Of a stretch of DNA of 64,000 nt, positions 63,243 through 64,000 are shown piece after piece. A program made the translations under genes and the position numbers. How positions within the stretch are numbered: position 1 is the stretch's first letter; each line of letters opens with the position of its first letter. The notes beneath the pieces were generated by a model that was given only the letters and a program-made list of their open reading frames with translations, was not told the origin of the DNA and did not search any database. This DNA comes from Octopus sinensis (taxonomy: Eukaryota): NCBI RefSeq assembly GCF_006345805.1, contig NC_043004.1, forward strand, positions 79,918,001 to 79,982,000, read 5' to 3'.

Positions 63243-63285
63243 CCACTACAATCGTTTCTTGTCTTGATCGACAATCTTCAGGTGG
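63243..63285 (-). ncRNA. Minimal type I hammerhead ribozyme (Penelope-associated type)
   Basis: Minus strand CCAC-CUGAAGA-UUGUC gaucaa GACAA-GAAAC-GAUU-GUA-GUGG: full core, 4-bp stem I, 5-bp stem II, GUA cleavage triplet. Confidence 0.8.
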
Positions 63286-63330
63286 ACTTCCAATAATTCA
63301 GTGTCAAACATATATATATATATATATGTA

Positions 63331-63537
63331 TATAAGGAAGATAAAACAAAGATAAAACGCTAAAATAATTTTGTCATGAAATACATTTTGTAACGATTAG
63401 AACCGGTTTCAGTCTTTTCAACTTTTTCTACTAAGTTTGAAAAGTCGTAAACTCTGAAACCGGTACTAACCATTACAAATTGTATTTCATGATAAAATTA
63501 TTTTAGCATTTTCTACCCTTGTCTTATTTTGCTTATA
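63331..63537. repeat. Imperfect ~83-bp inverted repeat element
   Basis: Arms 63331-63412 and 63454-63537, both ending inward in CTGAAACCGGT. Confidence 0.8.
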
Positions 63538-63569
63538 CGTATCAGCTTGTGTGTTACTTTTCAACCTTC

Positions 63570-63605
<36 letters not shown>

Positions 63606-64000
63606 AAAGAGAGAGAGAGAAAATAGAATGAACAACACTGTTTATTTAAAATCCCTACAATTGTTTCAAAACATTTTTATATCTGTAGTTCATTGGTGCA
63701 ATGTTGTGTAATCATTATCATCCATCCAATGTGTAAAATGCACTTCCTCAGGTGATAGTTCAAATAAGTCCTTCATTAGATCCTACTCTCATTTCACTCA
63801 GTCAATAACTGTAGATGAGCATCTGCAGAGTATAATACAAGGTTTCTACCTGAATCTCATTCAACTATACATCCATCTTTCCATCCATCTGTCCATCTGT
63901 CTGTGTGTATATCTTTGAGTTTGTGTTTGTCCCCTGCCACTGCTCAACAGCTGGTATATTTGCAGCACCTTAACAGTTCAGAAAAAGTAACTGATAGAAT

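Overview
Eukaryotic, AT-rich, microsatellite- and SINE-dense DNA. Its repeat landscape looks like a coleoid cephalopod, most likely Octopus; this is recognised by eye, not by a search. The only host gene I can support is a myosin VIIa (MYO7A/crinkled) orthologue on the + strand. Its start-codon exon (MVILAK, 14684-14701) and next exon (GDHVWLEPK...VVDDDGK, 57500-57613) are separated by a 42,798-bp phase-0 intron; the following exon is not seen in the window. The rest is transposon debris: several tRNA-headed or RTE-derived SINE families, 3' fragments of CR1/L2-like, RTE/RTEX, R4-like and Tx1-like LINEs, mariner/piggyBac/hAT/Helentron-type non-autonomous elements, long palindromes, and three minimal hammerhead-ribozyme motifs of the Penelope-associated type. 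The best leads are a candidate intronic alternative promoter and first exon for MYO7A, the hammerhead motifs, SINE tails matching three different LINEs present in the same window, and two local rearrangements (a templated insertion and a fold-back). Nearly all ORFs in the supplied track are artefacts of microsatellites or SINEs. SINE family letters (A-F) are my own labels; only representative copies are listed and their edges are approximate.
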